From the human T2T-CHM13v2.0 reference genome, Homo sapiens: 64,000 nucleotides of DNA. Both the position numbers and the translations under genes were made by a program. Every line of letters begins with the position of its first letter. Position 1 is the first letter of the stretch. The stretch is taken from NCBI RefSeq assembly GCF_009914755.1, contig NC_060928.1; one strand, given 5' to 3'. Shown here one piece after another: positions 14,061 to 28,202 of this stretch. Under the pieces are notes generated by a model that worked only from the letters and a program-made list of their open reading frames with translations, made no database searches and was not told the DNA's origin.

Positions 14061-16075
14061 AACATGCTCATGAGGATTATAAAGAACCTTCTAGTAAACT
14101 AGTCAACATGTTCTATCCTGATTAGTCCTTACATGTTATTTGACATGGTAGATGCTGCCTTTCTTCTTGAAACACATCCATCTCATCAGCATATAATTAG
14201 GAGCTGAAAATGAAAGATCCTAAAACTGCTTAATTTTCCAAATACTCTCTTACTTTCTCTGGCATTCTAATTATGAACACTATCTAATATTTTATGGATA
14301 ATAGATTCACACTCTCTTTTGAATTTAAAATATCCTAATGTGTTTTCTGGTCCAATTTCCAAATTATATAAATACAGATGAAACTGGAACATACTTTTCC
14401 CTAGATCTCCACATTTCCTCTCCTTTCCTTAGTGGATGGAGGTGTTTCAACCCAGCCAATGCTGGTGCTCCCCTTAGGAAGCCCTTTCCTAGTGAGACTC
14501 TCCACTTCTGGATGTAGGAATGGAAGGTTATAGGATCAAAGGGCCCTTCCCCTTTACGTGTTTAGAAGAGGAAAGAAGATCTTAAGTCTTCAGAAACCTG
14601 CACTGTCCTGCACTGTCTTTAATGTTCCTTGTGTCTTACAATCAAATAATGATTCACAAATGGACGGTTCTGACTTCTCATTCAAGTACAAATATATATC
14701 TTCAATTGCACATTTAGTCTTGGATTACTAGCATATATTCTATTTCAATATGTGAATGCAGCTTCATAGTTCTCATTAGTCATTTATAGAAATTTCCCTT
14801 CCTAGTTTTCATTTGCCTTTTAATAGGAAAAAAAAATACTTTCCTGAAGGTACACACTAGACACCTCAGAGGATTTTTTTAAATCTCTTTAATTTTTACC
14901 CATCCACCATTCAATAACTTCTTTTCAGATAAGATTTATACTTTTATTTAACTTTTATTTACTCACTAATGCTTTTCTTGAAATGCAATGTACTAGTACT
15001 CTTTTTTTTCAATAATATTTACAGGTAATAATAAAAGATAGATAATTTAAAAAATGCTATTTAAGACATGCAAAGTAGATTTGATAGAAATAAAAATATT
15101 TAACCCATCCAAAAAAAGACAAGCAGAAGGTAATTGATCTCAAATAATAGCTATCATGATTCGCAGATTTCTTGCCCATCTGTTTCAAAGCCTTAGGGAA
15201 GACAGAGGAAAACCAGATAACCAGGAGAATTGGAAAGAATAGATTCAGGTAAGTGAGTTGACTCCCATGATACCTGACCTAGGATAAAGGTCATATCCCC
15301 CTTTTTGGGTATATAGAGTGGTAATGCCATATATAGCTAATGATATTCAGGTTGGATATTATTGATAAATTAATTACCCTGCTGCTTTTTATAGGATCTA
15401 GGAGAAAGAAAAAAACAGTTTGCAGAAGCTATATGCATTCTAAACAGAAGATATAAGTCTAAATCAGGGCAAGCAACAACCTACATTATTCTAGTTACAA
15501 CTGAATTTTCAGCTTAGCATGCCTCAAAAACAACTTTCAAGTATATATGTATCAACTGTCAATTTTTCTCATTAGTTTCTCTCAAGTCAGTGTATAATCT
15601 GTCATATTACACGTTTAACTTTATTTTATGTTTTTAAAATGTAGCTTATTCTATTGTCAGCCTTCTTACACTGCCTGCTATTCTTCCTTTAAACAGGAAT
15701 ATCCTTTGTAATATAATGTTTATAATCTAAACCACTAATTTTACCTGTTAATTATACAATATATTACATTGTTAGTTGATTATTTCATATACACTTATGC
15801 TTTTTACTATAATAAGAGGACTGGTGATAGAAAATATCTCTTATTCTTATTTTATAACTCTTCATCTTAAAATTAAAGTGAATTAAAAGATAAGTTATTT
15901 TAATTGTTTGGTAGTTTTTCAAATTCCACAGTCCATTTCAGCATACAAAAGAAATATCTGAGTACTCATTTTTCTAACCTTCTGTGCACTTGAGTGCACA
16001 ATTAATGTGTATTCTAAGAAGAAAACTTAAAAGTATTACAGATGCATCTTCTCTCAAGTAGACCTGTAACACTAA

Positions 16076-16394
<319 letters not shown>

Positions 16395-19097
16395 GGTATT
16401 CTTAACACATGACAGTTTTAGAATTCAATGACTCATTTTTATGTAGCTAGATACTATTTTAAAGCATAGTCCTGAAAGCAGAATAAATTAGGTGGTGATT
16501 TTATTCATATGTAAAACGAGCATCAGATTTCACAAGAAATAAAAAACTGTTTTCTTTTCTCTTTAGTTATATACCATTCATAATTTTTTAATTGTGTAAT
16601 TTGAGCTTCTATAAATATGTATTTGATAGCTTATTTTACATAAAAACATTTTTGGATCATTGAAGGTATAGCCACTTTGCTTGGATAAATATCCTGGCTA
16701 TTTTTCAGGAAAAAATAAATCTAATAAAATGTATAAACATGACTATTTCATTAGATGCTTAGTGTGCAGCTGTAGTAAAATTGTTGCATAAGAGTGCATG
16801 CATTGTTCATTTTCATAAATCATCAACCTAGTTAAATCAATGTTTGCCAACTATAAAAGGTGACTTTTATGCACTGTTAGGTGAAGGGATTATAAAAATT
16901 TAGCACTAAATTAAGTTGAGCTATGTACTTCACAGGTGAAGATCCAACTATTATCCTCTTATTTAAAGAAAGCAACATTTTAATATTAATTTATGTTCAA
17001 TTTTATAATACTAAATATTATAGTAAAGTGTCACAACATTGTAAAAGCAGAAAATTTTATTAACCATTATGAAAATAAAAGCTCTAGAAAAAAGAGATTT
17101 AGATATATAGAGAGTGAGAGGCAGAGAAACAAGGAACAATGATTGAAAGAATTCATGCAGAAGTCAGTCTGCCTTTTCTGGACATATAATTGAGACTTAA
17201 AACATCCAAGTTTGATGTAGCTACCAGTAGTCAGTTTCTATAAAAGCATTCAGGAGCTACCAACTCTACGTATTTACTTTTATTCTACTATTAAACTCTG
17301 ACTATGTTGAGGACGCAGTCAAATTGGAGTCTTGTGGAGCAATCATCACTACAATTAGATGTTTCATGTTGCATCTTATTTCAAATCAAATCAAATATTT
17401 TCCGAAGGATTCATAAAGTTGGTCTATTTTATATGTCTGTGGAAAATAGCTAAGTACAAACTATAATTTAAATGACAACATTAGTACAAGATACTGTTAT
17501 TTGAATGTGTTTTACCTGATACATATATACATATATTTCATTACAAATACGTAACGTCGAATGCTTTTCATGTTGGCCAACTGTTTAATGGATGATCTGC
17601 ATCCTTTGGATAATGAAAGGATAGAAGCTTTAACTTGTCATGCTGTAAATTTTGTTCCCTGCATAATTAATTCAGATATGGATATTAAGTATATTTCAGT
17701 AGCCAGGCATTGAATATAAGCACAGATGGAATTTCTTCTTCTAATAGAGAACACACTTCAGTTAATACTCAATTTGACATTGTGTACACCTGAGGACCTT
17801 CAATAGACAACTAATTTAGAAAGCTGATTTTCTGAAGACAAACTAGAGAGTAAATTATTAAAGCAATTATCTGTAAATGAGAAGAGAGAAATCTTAAATC
17901 CCTTTTATCTAAATCTCAAGTGGTTAATACATGACTCTGCATGAATCAAAAAAGATTCTTTGGATTTCCAAGCTGACTTCATCTGGAAAACTGAATTTGC
18001 CCTTCAAACATATGTTTTGGAATACAGAGAACAACAACAAAACCCAAAATATCTTTTGCACTTTTTACATTTAGTGAATATTATTGCTTTGATAGTAAAA
18101 GTACATAAAAGTACATAGAAAAATAACAGTTTGAAAAATGACGCAAAGCAAGTTAGAATACAAAGGTATTATGAATTTTGCACCTGTTCTAATTTGCTCT
18201 ATAACATACAACTGATAACTTTTAATTGATTTAATACTGACTTTCTTTTGAATACGGTCCAGATTTGATTTTTAAAGCTTTAATGAAAATTGTTAAATGA
18301 CTGTAATTATGTTTCAGATTACCTGGTTAGCTCATGGCTTTTATAAGCCTAAATATGACCTGAAGTCTCAAAGAAATTACATAATTTCCCCTAAAGTATA
18401 ATTTTTTGACACCAATACATGTATTTGTAGTAAGTATTTTTGTGTGCATTTCTAAGAGAGACAAGATTAATACATGTGGATTTTCTTGCCACATGAGGGT
18501 GAAATGGGGAAAGATTTAGAGAGGAGTTGAAGTTGGGGAAGAAGGGATGAAAATGATTTAAGAAGGGCTTTATCTTTTAACGTGCAAGGGTTTTCAAGAT
18601 TTTATTGAGTGTTGGATAAGCAATCATTGTTGATGGACTTTTAAAAATAAGAGCACTAAGGTGAGATTAAAGTAAAAGTAGTTCCTCCTAGATTGACACT
18701 AAATGGTGCCCCTGGCAACATAGCCAACAACTTGTAGAACAACATACAAAAGAGAAATTGTTGCCATTTTAAATTATTTTACTGGGATTCTCCTAGAGAT
18801 AACATTTCCATACATATTTCCCATATTTAGAAATAGTAACAATAATATAATAAATTATCTTGGGCTTAATAATATTGATGGGTAACATACACATAATGAA
18901 GTACATAAACTATAAGGGTACAACTTAATGAATGTAAGAAAATGACCAGACTCATTAAACAAGACATTACCATCAAACTAGAAACTGCCTTACTTTTTCC
19001 CACTTACCATCTCAATTTTCCTCTTGAGAAGTGAACTCAATCCTGACTTGCAAAATCAGATTAGTTTTGCTCACCTCGTAAATTTATGTAATGGAAA

Positions 19098-19522
19098 TGG
19101 CTATGGTTTAAACGTTTGTCTTCTCCAAACCTCATGTTGAATCTTAATCCCCTATATGGTAGTATTGACAGGTGAGGCCTTTAAGAGATGAGTGGATAAT
19201 AAGGGTCCTTGCCCACATAAATGGATTAATTCATTTGTGAATAAATGGATTAACAGGTTACTGTGGAAGTAGAAGTAGTGGCTTTATAAGAAGAGCAAGG
19301 GAGACTTAAGCTATAGTATTATGCTCATCCCCTTAGGAATATGATGCCGCACACTGAATAGGGACACTGCAGAGGGTCTCTGCCAGTAAGAAGGCCCTGG
19401 CCAGATGCAGCCTGTCCACCCTAGACTTCTCTGCTTTTATGCTAGTAAGAAAAATACTCTTTTCTAAAATAAATTACCCAGTTTTAGGTATTCCAGTATA
19501 AGCAACAGAAAAGGGATTAATT
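19098..19522 (+). mobile_element. MaLR solo LTR, MSTC/MSTD-like
   Basis: GCTATGGTTT...CCAAACCTCATGTTGAA, ATGGATTAAT, AAATTACCCAG...TATAAGCAACAGAAAA. Confidence 0.85.
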
Positions 19523-19559
19523 ATGAAAATATGTTTGTTTATGTTAGCTTACTATTCTC

Positions 19560-20640
19560 TGTATAATTTATCATACATTTTGGAAATTATCCATCATTAT
19601 TTCTTCAAGTAGTTTCTGTCTCATATCTTTTTCATTTAATCTGGGACCTTGATATCATTGTTCCTTCACTTACTAGATCCTATTTACTGTGTATGCTATT
19701 TTTAAAATTGATTTTATTGTTGTTTTGCTAATCCCCAGAATGTATTTTTTCTTGTCATCTATCTTCCAGTCCACTAATTTTCTGTTCAGCTTTTAAAAAT
19801 CTGCCATAAAACTCACCCATTGAATCTGGATTTTAGTTATTTTATTTTCAGTTTTGGAGTTTCCATGTAACTATTGTTTTATACTCTCTGTTGAAAAATT
19901 TACCTTGACATTTATCAAATTGAACACACCAATACAATTCTTTCAAATTTTATTTCTGTTAAACACATATATGAATATATCTTTGGGGTGTTTTTTTCAC
20001 TTGCTTTAGTGTCAAGTCCTATGTATTCATATATGTTTTATATAAATTACCAGATATTTTGTGTGAAAATATAGTGATAATTTGAGGTTTTGATTAATGT
20101 TATTTTATACAAAGATGGTAAAGATTCATTAATTTTAGATTCATAGGCTAGGAACATATGACCTCAATCTAGGAATTGAACTAGTTTTGCATCTTTGTTT
20201 AACTCTTCATGAAGTATTGTCTCATTCTAGTATACCTTTATGCTAGTGTGATTTTCTTTATATTTCCCACTTTAAACATTGTTTTATGGCCTCTCCTCTT
20301 TGAAAGATACTAAACTTTGGTTTTGTTCATTGCTTGGTAAGACTTCTAAGAGGCCTCTGTAGCTCTGTAGACTTTTACTAACAGGTTTTTTTATTTGGCA
20401 TACCAACCTTTTAGCTACTTTTCAAAAATTTAATCATGTCACAAGGAGTTAGCAGTGCCAAATATTGGATTTACCTCTCTTGACTTCCTATTTTCCGTTA
20501 TCTTGGTCATTCGAGTTTTCATTATTTCAAAGTTCTCTCACAATGAAACAGATATTTTTTGCTACTCTTTTCAGATGTTAAATTTGTTCTTATAGGTGGT
20601 CTTAGTTCTAAACAATATTTATTAAAAACAGAACTGCCAC
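19560..20640 (-). mobile_element. Ancient L1M/HAL1-like fragments
   Basis: T-rich; CATTATTTCTTCAA and TCTTCCAGTCCACTAATTTTCT resemble antisense old L1 ORF1. Confidence 0.5.
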
Positions 20641-21446
20641 ATTATAATATTTTGATCAGTAAGGAAGTGAGATTGGTGATTTGCATGCTTTATATTGCAT
20701 TATCTTCCAAAGAACCCTCCTAGTTATGTAATATTCAATATTATTGATTGTCATTTTTACGTTATCTAGGATTTCTTAAATTAGAGCAAATCGTGGTTTT
20801 ACATAATTGAATGGAACCCTACAGACATGACTACATGCAAATGCATGGCACCGCTTCACTCTGGGTTTCAATTGAATGCAGTTTAGTCAATATTTATCAT
20901 CAAAATAGACTTTAACAGAAACCAACTAAGAATTGACTTTATAAAGATATCGGTAATATTTTTAAATTTTACTTTCAGTTAAGTAATCACAATGCCAAAA
21001 CTTACATTTCAAAGAAAGTTTGATATATTTCTAACTAGAAATTATGAAAAGTAATTAGAAGGTACCAATTTTCTTAAGCAGAGCAAGAGAGAAGTAAAAA
21101 ATTAAGGAGATAACAAAATATTGTCATAAAAAAAGACAGGGTTAGGAGTACCAAACCAATACAAAAATTGGACAGTTACTAAAAACATTTAGTTTTGTAT
21201 TAAATTATAATGATTCCCAGGTAACACTTTTTAAGCAACAGTACTATAGATATAGACAGTGATGCTTGAAACTAAGGATTAAAGACAGTTATGTATAGAA
21301 ACTCTCTTTGTTTATAAATTCAGTGTGACTAGGGTTTGTGTGTGTGCATGTGTTTTGCAAAAGGCTATATAAACATTACCAACTGCTTACACGCTCCCAT
21401 TTGTAGAACTTGTCTTACTATCTGTATCACATAAGACTGTAAAGAC

Positions 21447-21870
21447 TGTATTAAGTCAGAGTTTTCCAGAGAAAAAGGACCAATAGCATGTATACATAAG
21501 GAGGGATTTATTTTAAGGGATTGTCTTATGTGATTGTGGAGGATGGCAAGTCTGAAATCTGAAGGACATCTAGCATTCTGTAGACCCAGAGAATAGTTTA
21601 TGTTGTAACTCAAGTCTAAAAGCAATCTCAAGGCAGAATTCCCTCTTCCTTAGATGACTTCAGTCTTTTCTCTTTAGGCTTTAAATTGATTGGAGGAGGC
21701 ACATTAATATTATGGAGGGCAATCTGCTTTACTCAAAGTCTCTTGGTTTAAGTGTTAGTCTCAGCTAAAAACAAAACAAAAAACAAAACCTTCATAGCTA
21801 CTTCTAGACTCGTGTTTGACCAGTGAGAATCATGGCTTAGCCAAATTGACATATACAATTAACCTTCACA
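21447..21870 (-). mobile_element. ERVL solo LTR, MLT2C-like
   Basis: TGTATTAAGTCAGAGTTTTCCAGAGAAA start and TTGACATATACAATTAACCTTCACA end. Confidence 0.88.
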
Positions 21871-22165
21871 ATGAGCTAGCATTTACTAATTCAGTACATT
21901 ACATATACAAAATGTTGAGCTTTTTTTTCTTTATTAAGTAATGGAAGTCATGATAGCAAGTTCAGACTGTCCAATAAAATTATAATGTCTAGTATTCAGA
22001 GTAGTTTGAGAAATAGGAATATATTCAAATTTATGATCATGATGTTCCTAGATCTCAGTTGAGTGGAAAAAATAGAAGGGACCTGATATGTCTCTACCAC
22101 CACAGTAAAGATAACATAGAAACCATTCAAAGTGTATAATTTTCTATTTGATGCTGAAAGGTGAC

Positions 22166-22210
22166 AAACAGGGTTTCAGGAAGATAAACAGGGTTTCAGG
22201 AAGATAAACA
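22166..22210. repeat. Perfect 20-bp tandem duplication
   Basis: AAACAGGGTTTCAGGAAGAT x2 plus AAACA. Confidence 0.95.
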
Positions 22211-22319
22211 TGCCCAGTCAGATACTGATTATTTTAAGACATTTGCTCCCATGAAGGAAATCTAATTTTTAAAATTGCAATTATTCAGTTTAAAAAGCAT
22301 ATTAACAAATAAAAATGTA

Positions 22320-22668
22320 CAGAATCAAATTTTTTATTCAAATATTCCATACTGAAATTTCCCCTACTCATGAAAATTTATTTGTAATTTTCAAATCAAT
22401 ACTTTCCAGGACATTTGCAGTCATTTGCAAACATGTGAAGAGAGAGAACTATTTGAGTCACCTGACATGCATGTTCCCAGTTGAATTTGAACCGTGATGG
22501 CACTGCCTTCTTGTTTCAGCTGTCATACTATAAACAAGTATCGCTACCATTGCCTATTTAATTTCATGTTTTTCAAATTTTTGTCCTTTTGTTGGTAAGG
22601 TTTTTGTCGTTTTACTACTGAAAATGATCCCCAAGTATGATAAAGTGCTGTCAATTGTTTCTACACAC
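22320..22668. mobile_element. Tigger-family DNA transposon fragment (MER82-like)
   Basis: AAAATTTATTTGTAA...AAATCAATACT, TTTGAGTCACCTGACATGCATGTTCCCAG and CTGCCTTCTTGTTTCAGCT. Confidence 0.75.
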
Positions 22669-22755
22669 AATTGGGAGAAATTGGGGAGGTCTTCACTCTA
22701 TGCTAATTCTTGGTTTCTAAGGTTTTCCATAATAATTTTAAATTTATTTACAACC

Positions 22756-22793
22756 TGTATTGGTTTGGGTTTTCCAGAGGAAAAAACAAATCA

Positions 22794-22830
<37 letters not shown>

Positions 22831-23292
22831 TTTATTAAAAAAAATTGGCTCACGCAAATATAGAGGCTGAGAAATCCCACTGGCTTCTATCTGAAAGCTG
22901 GAGACCCAGGAAAGCTGATGGTGCAGCTTTAGTTGGAATCTAAAGGTCTGAGAAACAGGAGAACCAATGGTACAAGCTCTAATCCAACTTGAAGGCCTGA
23001 GTGCCAGTTGTTTAAGTCCCAGTCTGAAATCAGGAGAAGACTGATGTCACAGCTGAAGCAGTGAGGCTGAGAAAAATTACTCTTCCTCCCTCTGCCTTTT
23101 TGTTCTATTTAGGCCCTCATTGGATTGAAAGATGCCCACCCACATTGGATAGTTTGATCATCACTCAATCTATTGATTCAAATGCTAATCTTTTCTGGAA
23201 ACATCCTCACAGATACATCCAGAAATAATGTGTAACTAAATATCTGGGTGCCCTGCGACCCCGTCCAGTTGATACACAAAATTAACTATATA
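22756..23292 (-). mobile_element. ERVL solo LTR, MLT2D-like, with internal (TG)n at 22797-22826
   Basis: TGTATTGG...TTTTCCAGAG start, AAGCTGGAGACCCAGGAAAGC, ATTCAAATGCTAATC and GTTGATACACAAAATTAAC end. Confidence 0.9.
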
Positions 23293-23317
23293 TACTCCAT
23301 AGAACAATTCGTGGGTT

Positions 23318-23776
23318 TGTCCATTCCCCTTTTTAAGTTGGGTTCTCTTTGAAAACAGATTTAGACATACAACATACTATTGGAGAGTTAATGCCTGTGA
23401 AAAGGAAAGGGAGAGAGAAGAATCAGACAGGGCTAAGCATATAACTTTGACATAGATAGGACCGTTAATCCACAGGGGAGCTTTGGAGCAAAAATTGCCC
23501 ATGTGAAGTGTGCCAAGTAGAATGGGAAGGAATAGACCATTATACCATTGCTCTGCTTAGTCACTGGCTGGGAGCCTTCCTGAAAAGAGAGTGTTCTCAG
23601 TTATCACCACCTTGTCATTCATTGGCTGGGGGGCACCTTGAGAATAGCATAACCTTGGCTTAAAAGTTGAGAAAATACTAACAAAGAGAAGAAAGCTGCC
23701 AACTAACCACACTGTAGGCAATGGAAAAATAAAGATTTCTTGGAGGATGTGAGGGACACATAACATATCTGCCACA
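23318..23776 (-). mobile_element. Old ERVL LTR, LTR16-like
   Basis: TTGGGTTCTC...AAACAGA, GCCTGTGAAAAGGAAAGGGAG and CTTAGTCACTGGCTGGG. Confidence 0.55.
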
Positions 23777-25293
23777 ACCCATTGCAGGACATTACTTCAA
23801 GTTATTATTAGGAGAATCAAAATAAATAAAGTATGTGATGGTATTTATAAACTGTGAGCCACTCTAGAGGTAATATTATTAACAACACCTCTTCTCCTTA
23901 CCAATTCCTGCCTTCGTGCCTTTTTCTTTATTACGTTTATATTACAGAATTAACTCTATAGTATTTCCAAATCAATGTAAAGCTTAATTTAGTTATGTTG
24001 TATTTTTACTTCTGTTCTTTGAGTTTCTATGATTTTGATATAGTAACTTACTCAAACTTTACTTAGTGGACAGGAAAAGTTAATTCAGTTTCTATAAGGT
24101 ATTTCATTTACTATCAGGAGCTATTTTAGGCCCTGGGAGAATCTGCTTCATCTTTGTTATTTTCATTCTTTTCTAAGTAAACAGAGGCAAGTATTGTTAT
24201 CACATCTTGGAAACAGGAAAATTGAGCCCTGAAAGGGTATTGGCTTGCCAAGGTCACTTTAACTTAAAAACACTGCTGAATCCATATTTCATGTGTAAAA
24301 TAAAGATTATTTTTGGAAAAATAATTCAATATAATCATATAGTTGGGTATTTGCAAAAGGTTACAATCTTTAAAAATCAACAGGAGCATAAGCTATTTCA
24401 CGGCACCTAGGCAATCAATGATAATGAGTATTATGTAGATTTATGTGCAACAATGAGCCAGCCAGGCAAGGTTTTGAATACATGAACGTATATTATAATT
24501 TCTTATTTCCATTTTTACCACAAACTCTTTGGTAAAGATAAGAACCTCCTCCCTTATTGTAACTCAGTCCTACTTTAATGGCATAAATTACATTGCTTAG
24601 ACAAAACTCTAAAAAATATAACTACTAACTGTAATATTGAGAATCAAGCTCCATTAGCCAATTTCATAAAAGAGGAATCTATCTAACATTTTCCAGAAGA
24701 AAATTATTTTTATTTCCAAGCAAATTATACTAGTTTGTAAATTATGTTGCATTCGTGATTGCCCTATCTTTAGCATAATTTGTAGTATTTATATCTTAAA
24801 GTTTATGTTTTATGTAGACATTTAGATAAGCTAAAATAATCACAAACAAATATAGCATTTTTCTGATGTTTCATATTATTTAAACATATCCTTTTGGAAA
24901 TTATTTTTTCCATTAATTTTTTAAGTATTTCTCGCTATAACATATGTGAAGTTTGAAAAATATTCACATTATTTTTTAATTGATTTATACCTGCTAAGGA
25001 GACATATGAAATAATTTCTGGTCTTGAAATACATGTATTTTGTGGAAAATTGTTAACTGTAGAGAATTAAAGCTATTTAATGTTGTGTTTCTATGTAATG
25101 GCTATGTGATGTTACTAAAAGCAAAGTATCTCTTTTTATGCCAGCTTTATTGACTTTGCAAATGTAATGCACTGATTTTTACTGCCTCATGTGGAAGCAC
25201 TTAAAGGGCACACTGGGTCATTTACAATACACTTTACAAGAATATATTATTTTAATGATCAAGCAGTTATCCTCCTTTAACAGTATTCTTTCT

Positions 25294-25421
25294 TACTTTA
25301 TTTCAAGATTCTTAAGAATTACATTATTAGAATTAGAATAAAGGGACAGTTTATTATACTTTATTTCAAGATTCTTAAGAATTACATTATTAGAATTAGA
25401 ATAAAGGGACAGTTTATTATA
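25294..25421. repeat. Perfect 63-bp tandem duplication
   Basis: Two identical copies starting at 25294 and 25357. Confidence 0.97.
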
Positions 25422-25811
25422 AGAAAAAAACTGAATATTTTCCCTTCAAGAGGCATTAAGTTAAAAAAAATCAAATATACTAGTAAACAAAGAAACTAAT
25501 TCAAATTTTTATTTTAATGTAATTGCACATTTTTCCCCTATATCATGTAGGTGTCTTTAATATTTTATAAATCTTTGCAAGTGTAATCTCTAGTGCTCTT
25601 TCATGAATTGTGGTGAGTTAATATGATCTAATATAAAATAGAATTTATTAATTTTAGCTTCAATACAAGTGGTTTACTTTAGTTCCAACACTTCCATTGT
25701 GACCAAAACACTGAAGTATTAATGTATGGCTTTTTAAAACTTCACTTGTTGAAAGCAGGTAGTTTACAACAATGCTAAATGTTAAATTATGTTTTTTAAA
25801 CAAGAAAAAAA

Positions 25812-25955
25812 AATAGTTGAGGTGATGGATATCTCATTTACCCTAAGATGATTATTATCCATTGTATGCCTGTATCAAAAACAGCTCATGTATCACATAA
25901 ATATATATATATACTATGTACCCACACAAATTGAAAATTAAAACTTAAAAAAAAC
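25812..25955 (+). mobile_element. Short L1MA (L1MA2/3-like) 3' terminus
   Basis: GAGGTGATGGATA...CATTGTATGCCTGTATCAAAA...TACTATGTACCCACA plus A tail. Confidence 0.85.
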
Positions 25956-26229
25956 AAATTACAAATGTCCTGTATTTCAAAACTTATATAATATAGATTG
26001 TAGTTCAAACTTCTTTAGATAGTGTATTCTGCATGTAGCTAAATGCTGTCTACATGGTCTATGCAAAAATATTTTTAAATTTAATGTATAAGAAGACAAC
26101 TGCATTAACAAGACATTCAATCAAAAACTTTAGTATAAAATAAACGTTGACCTTAAAACTGAGGAAATCTTAGCATTCTGAATTTGCCCAATTATGTGAA
26201 TTATGAGTGGAAAGTGTGGTTCACATAAA

Positions 26230-26780
26230 TATGCCTTCTACAGAGCCAGCAAACAAAGCCTAATCATAGTAACAAATAGATTTGCTGACCTTAGTGGCCT
26301 AATTAACAGCTGACCCTGTGCCTTATTAAGTGTTGTCAGAAAATTAAGGGCTTTTTTTTCCCTAGATAAGTGAAATTGAGGATGATAAATTTTATTCTTA
26401 CATAATAAAATGTCTAATTTAGTAACATTGCCTTGAATAGGTATAAATTTATTTAATTTCAAAACAAAACCAATTAAATGGAAACTTTGTAAGCGTGCAT
26501 TTTCCCTCTTGTTTCTAATACAGTATCCTTTTTCTCTTATTTAATTAATTTCTTATGGTTTCAAATAAAATCCTTCTTTGCTTTCTTTCCCACTAATCAG
26601 AGAGCTTGAAATTCAAATGCATTTTGGAAGTACAACGGACAACTCTGCTGGGGCAAACCTTGTGCTTCAGGCTTATTTTTCTGCTCCTCCCAAGAATTTA
26701 ATTAACTAATTAGCTTACTCAGGTGTAAGCAACAGATGCGTCACATCTGCCCATAATTTGTGACTAGCCGGGAACACTTT
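26230..26780. promoter_or_regulatory. Candidate developmental enhancer (repeat-free, motif-dense)
   Basis: Clustered TAATTA/TAATC, E-boxes CAGCTG/CAGGTG/CAGATG/CATCTG, ACAAAG, TGTCA and TGACC; motif evidence only. Confidence 0.4.
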
Positions 26781-27710
26781 CTTACCCCACTTCAGACTGA
26801 AGAACTGCACTTGAATTGGCTATTTTGTGCCCACATGTTTCCCAACCCGTATAGAAGCTAATATATCGATCCTTACATTATTTCCCCCCAAGGAAATCAA
26901 TGTATTGTGCCTCTTTTGATTATGCTGTATGATCAATTATCATACCTCTCTTTCTCTGTCTGTCTGGCTTCTTAGCTTCCCCCATGTCTACATAATACTT
27001 GCATTTAAAGAACAAGTCATTTTTGTTCTAGAGTAGTTTGGCTTTTATAGCCCAGATATTTTCTCCATAGTTATTAGAATATGTGTTGAATGTTTTCTCC
27101 TACCACAAAGAAATACCTATTTATTATTTACACTACTTAGTGTCTTAGCAGCAAGCAACAAAATGACTGGCTGATTTTAATTTAGAAAATATCTTATGAA
27201 ATTTGATTAGCTTAGAGAATTATCCAGAAGATTGGAGGAAACTTTTGGGAAATAAAAAAACAAACAGAAGGTCACAATGTTAGAAAAGACAAAATACATC
27301 AGAAAATATTGTGAGGAAAATTGAATGCGTATATACACACACACAGAGATCAATAAAAAGCATGTGGTCTGGGAATAATTTCATTGTAGTTAGAATTTCT
27401 TCTCCATAAGACACTTTAACATACAGTGCTATGTATATTTCATGTTGCAGTGCTAATATATGCAGTTAATATATAGCTAATATATAGAAATACATAATAT
27501 AATTCACATTTATACACACATGCTTACATACACACACAAAGATATACATCCATGAAACTAAGATCCAGTAGAAAGCAAAAATAATAATTTTCAGTTGTCT
27601 TATTTAAATGAATAGGAATATACTGTTCACTGTGATCCACATATACACTTTAAGTACAGATTTATACTGTACTTAATTTTTAAAAATTTTTTAAATTTTT
27701 TAAAAATTAA

Positions 27711-28202
<492 letters not shown>

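Noticed and set aside
17548-17560. Three CpGs in TACGTAACGTCGA
   Set aside because: Too short to call regulatory without conservation or methylation data.
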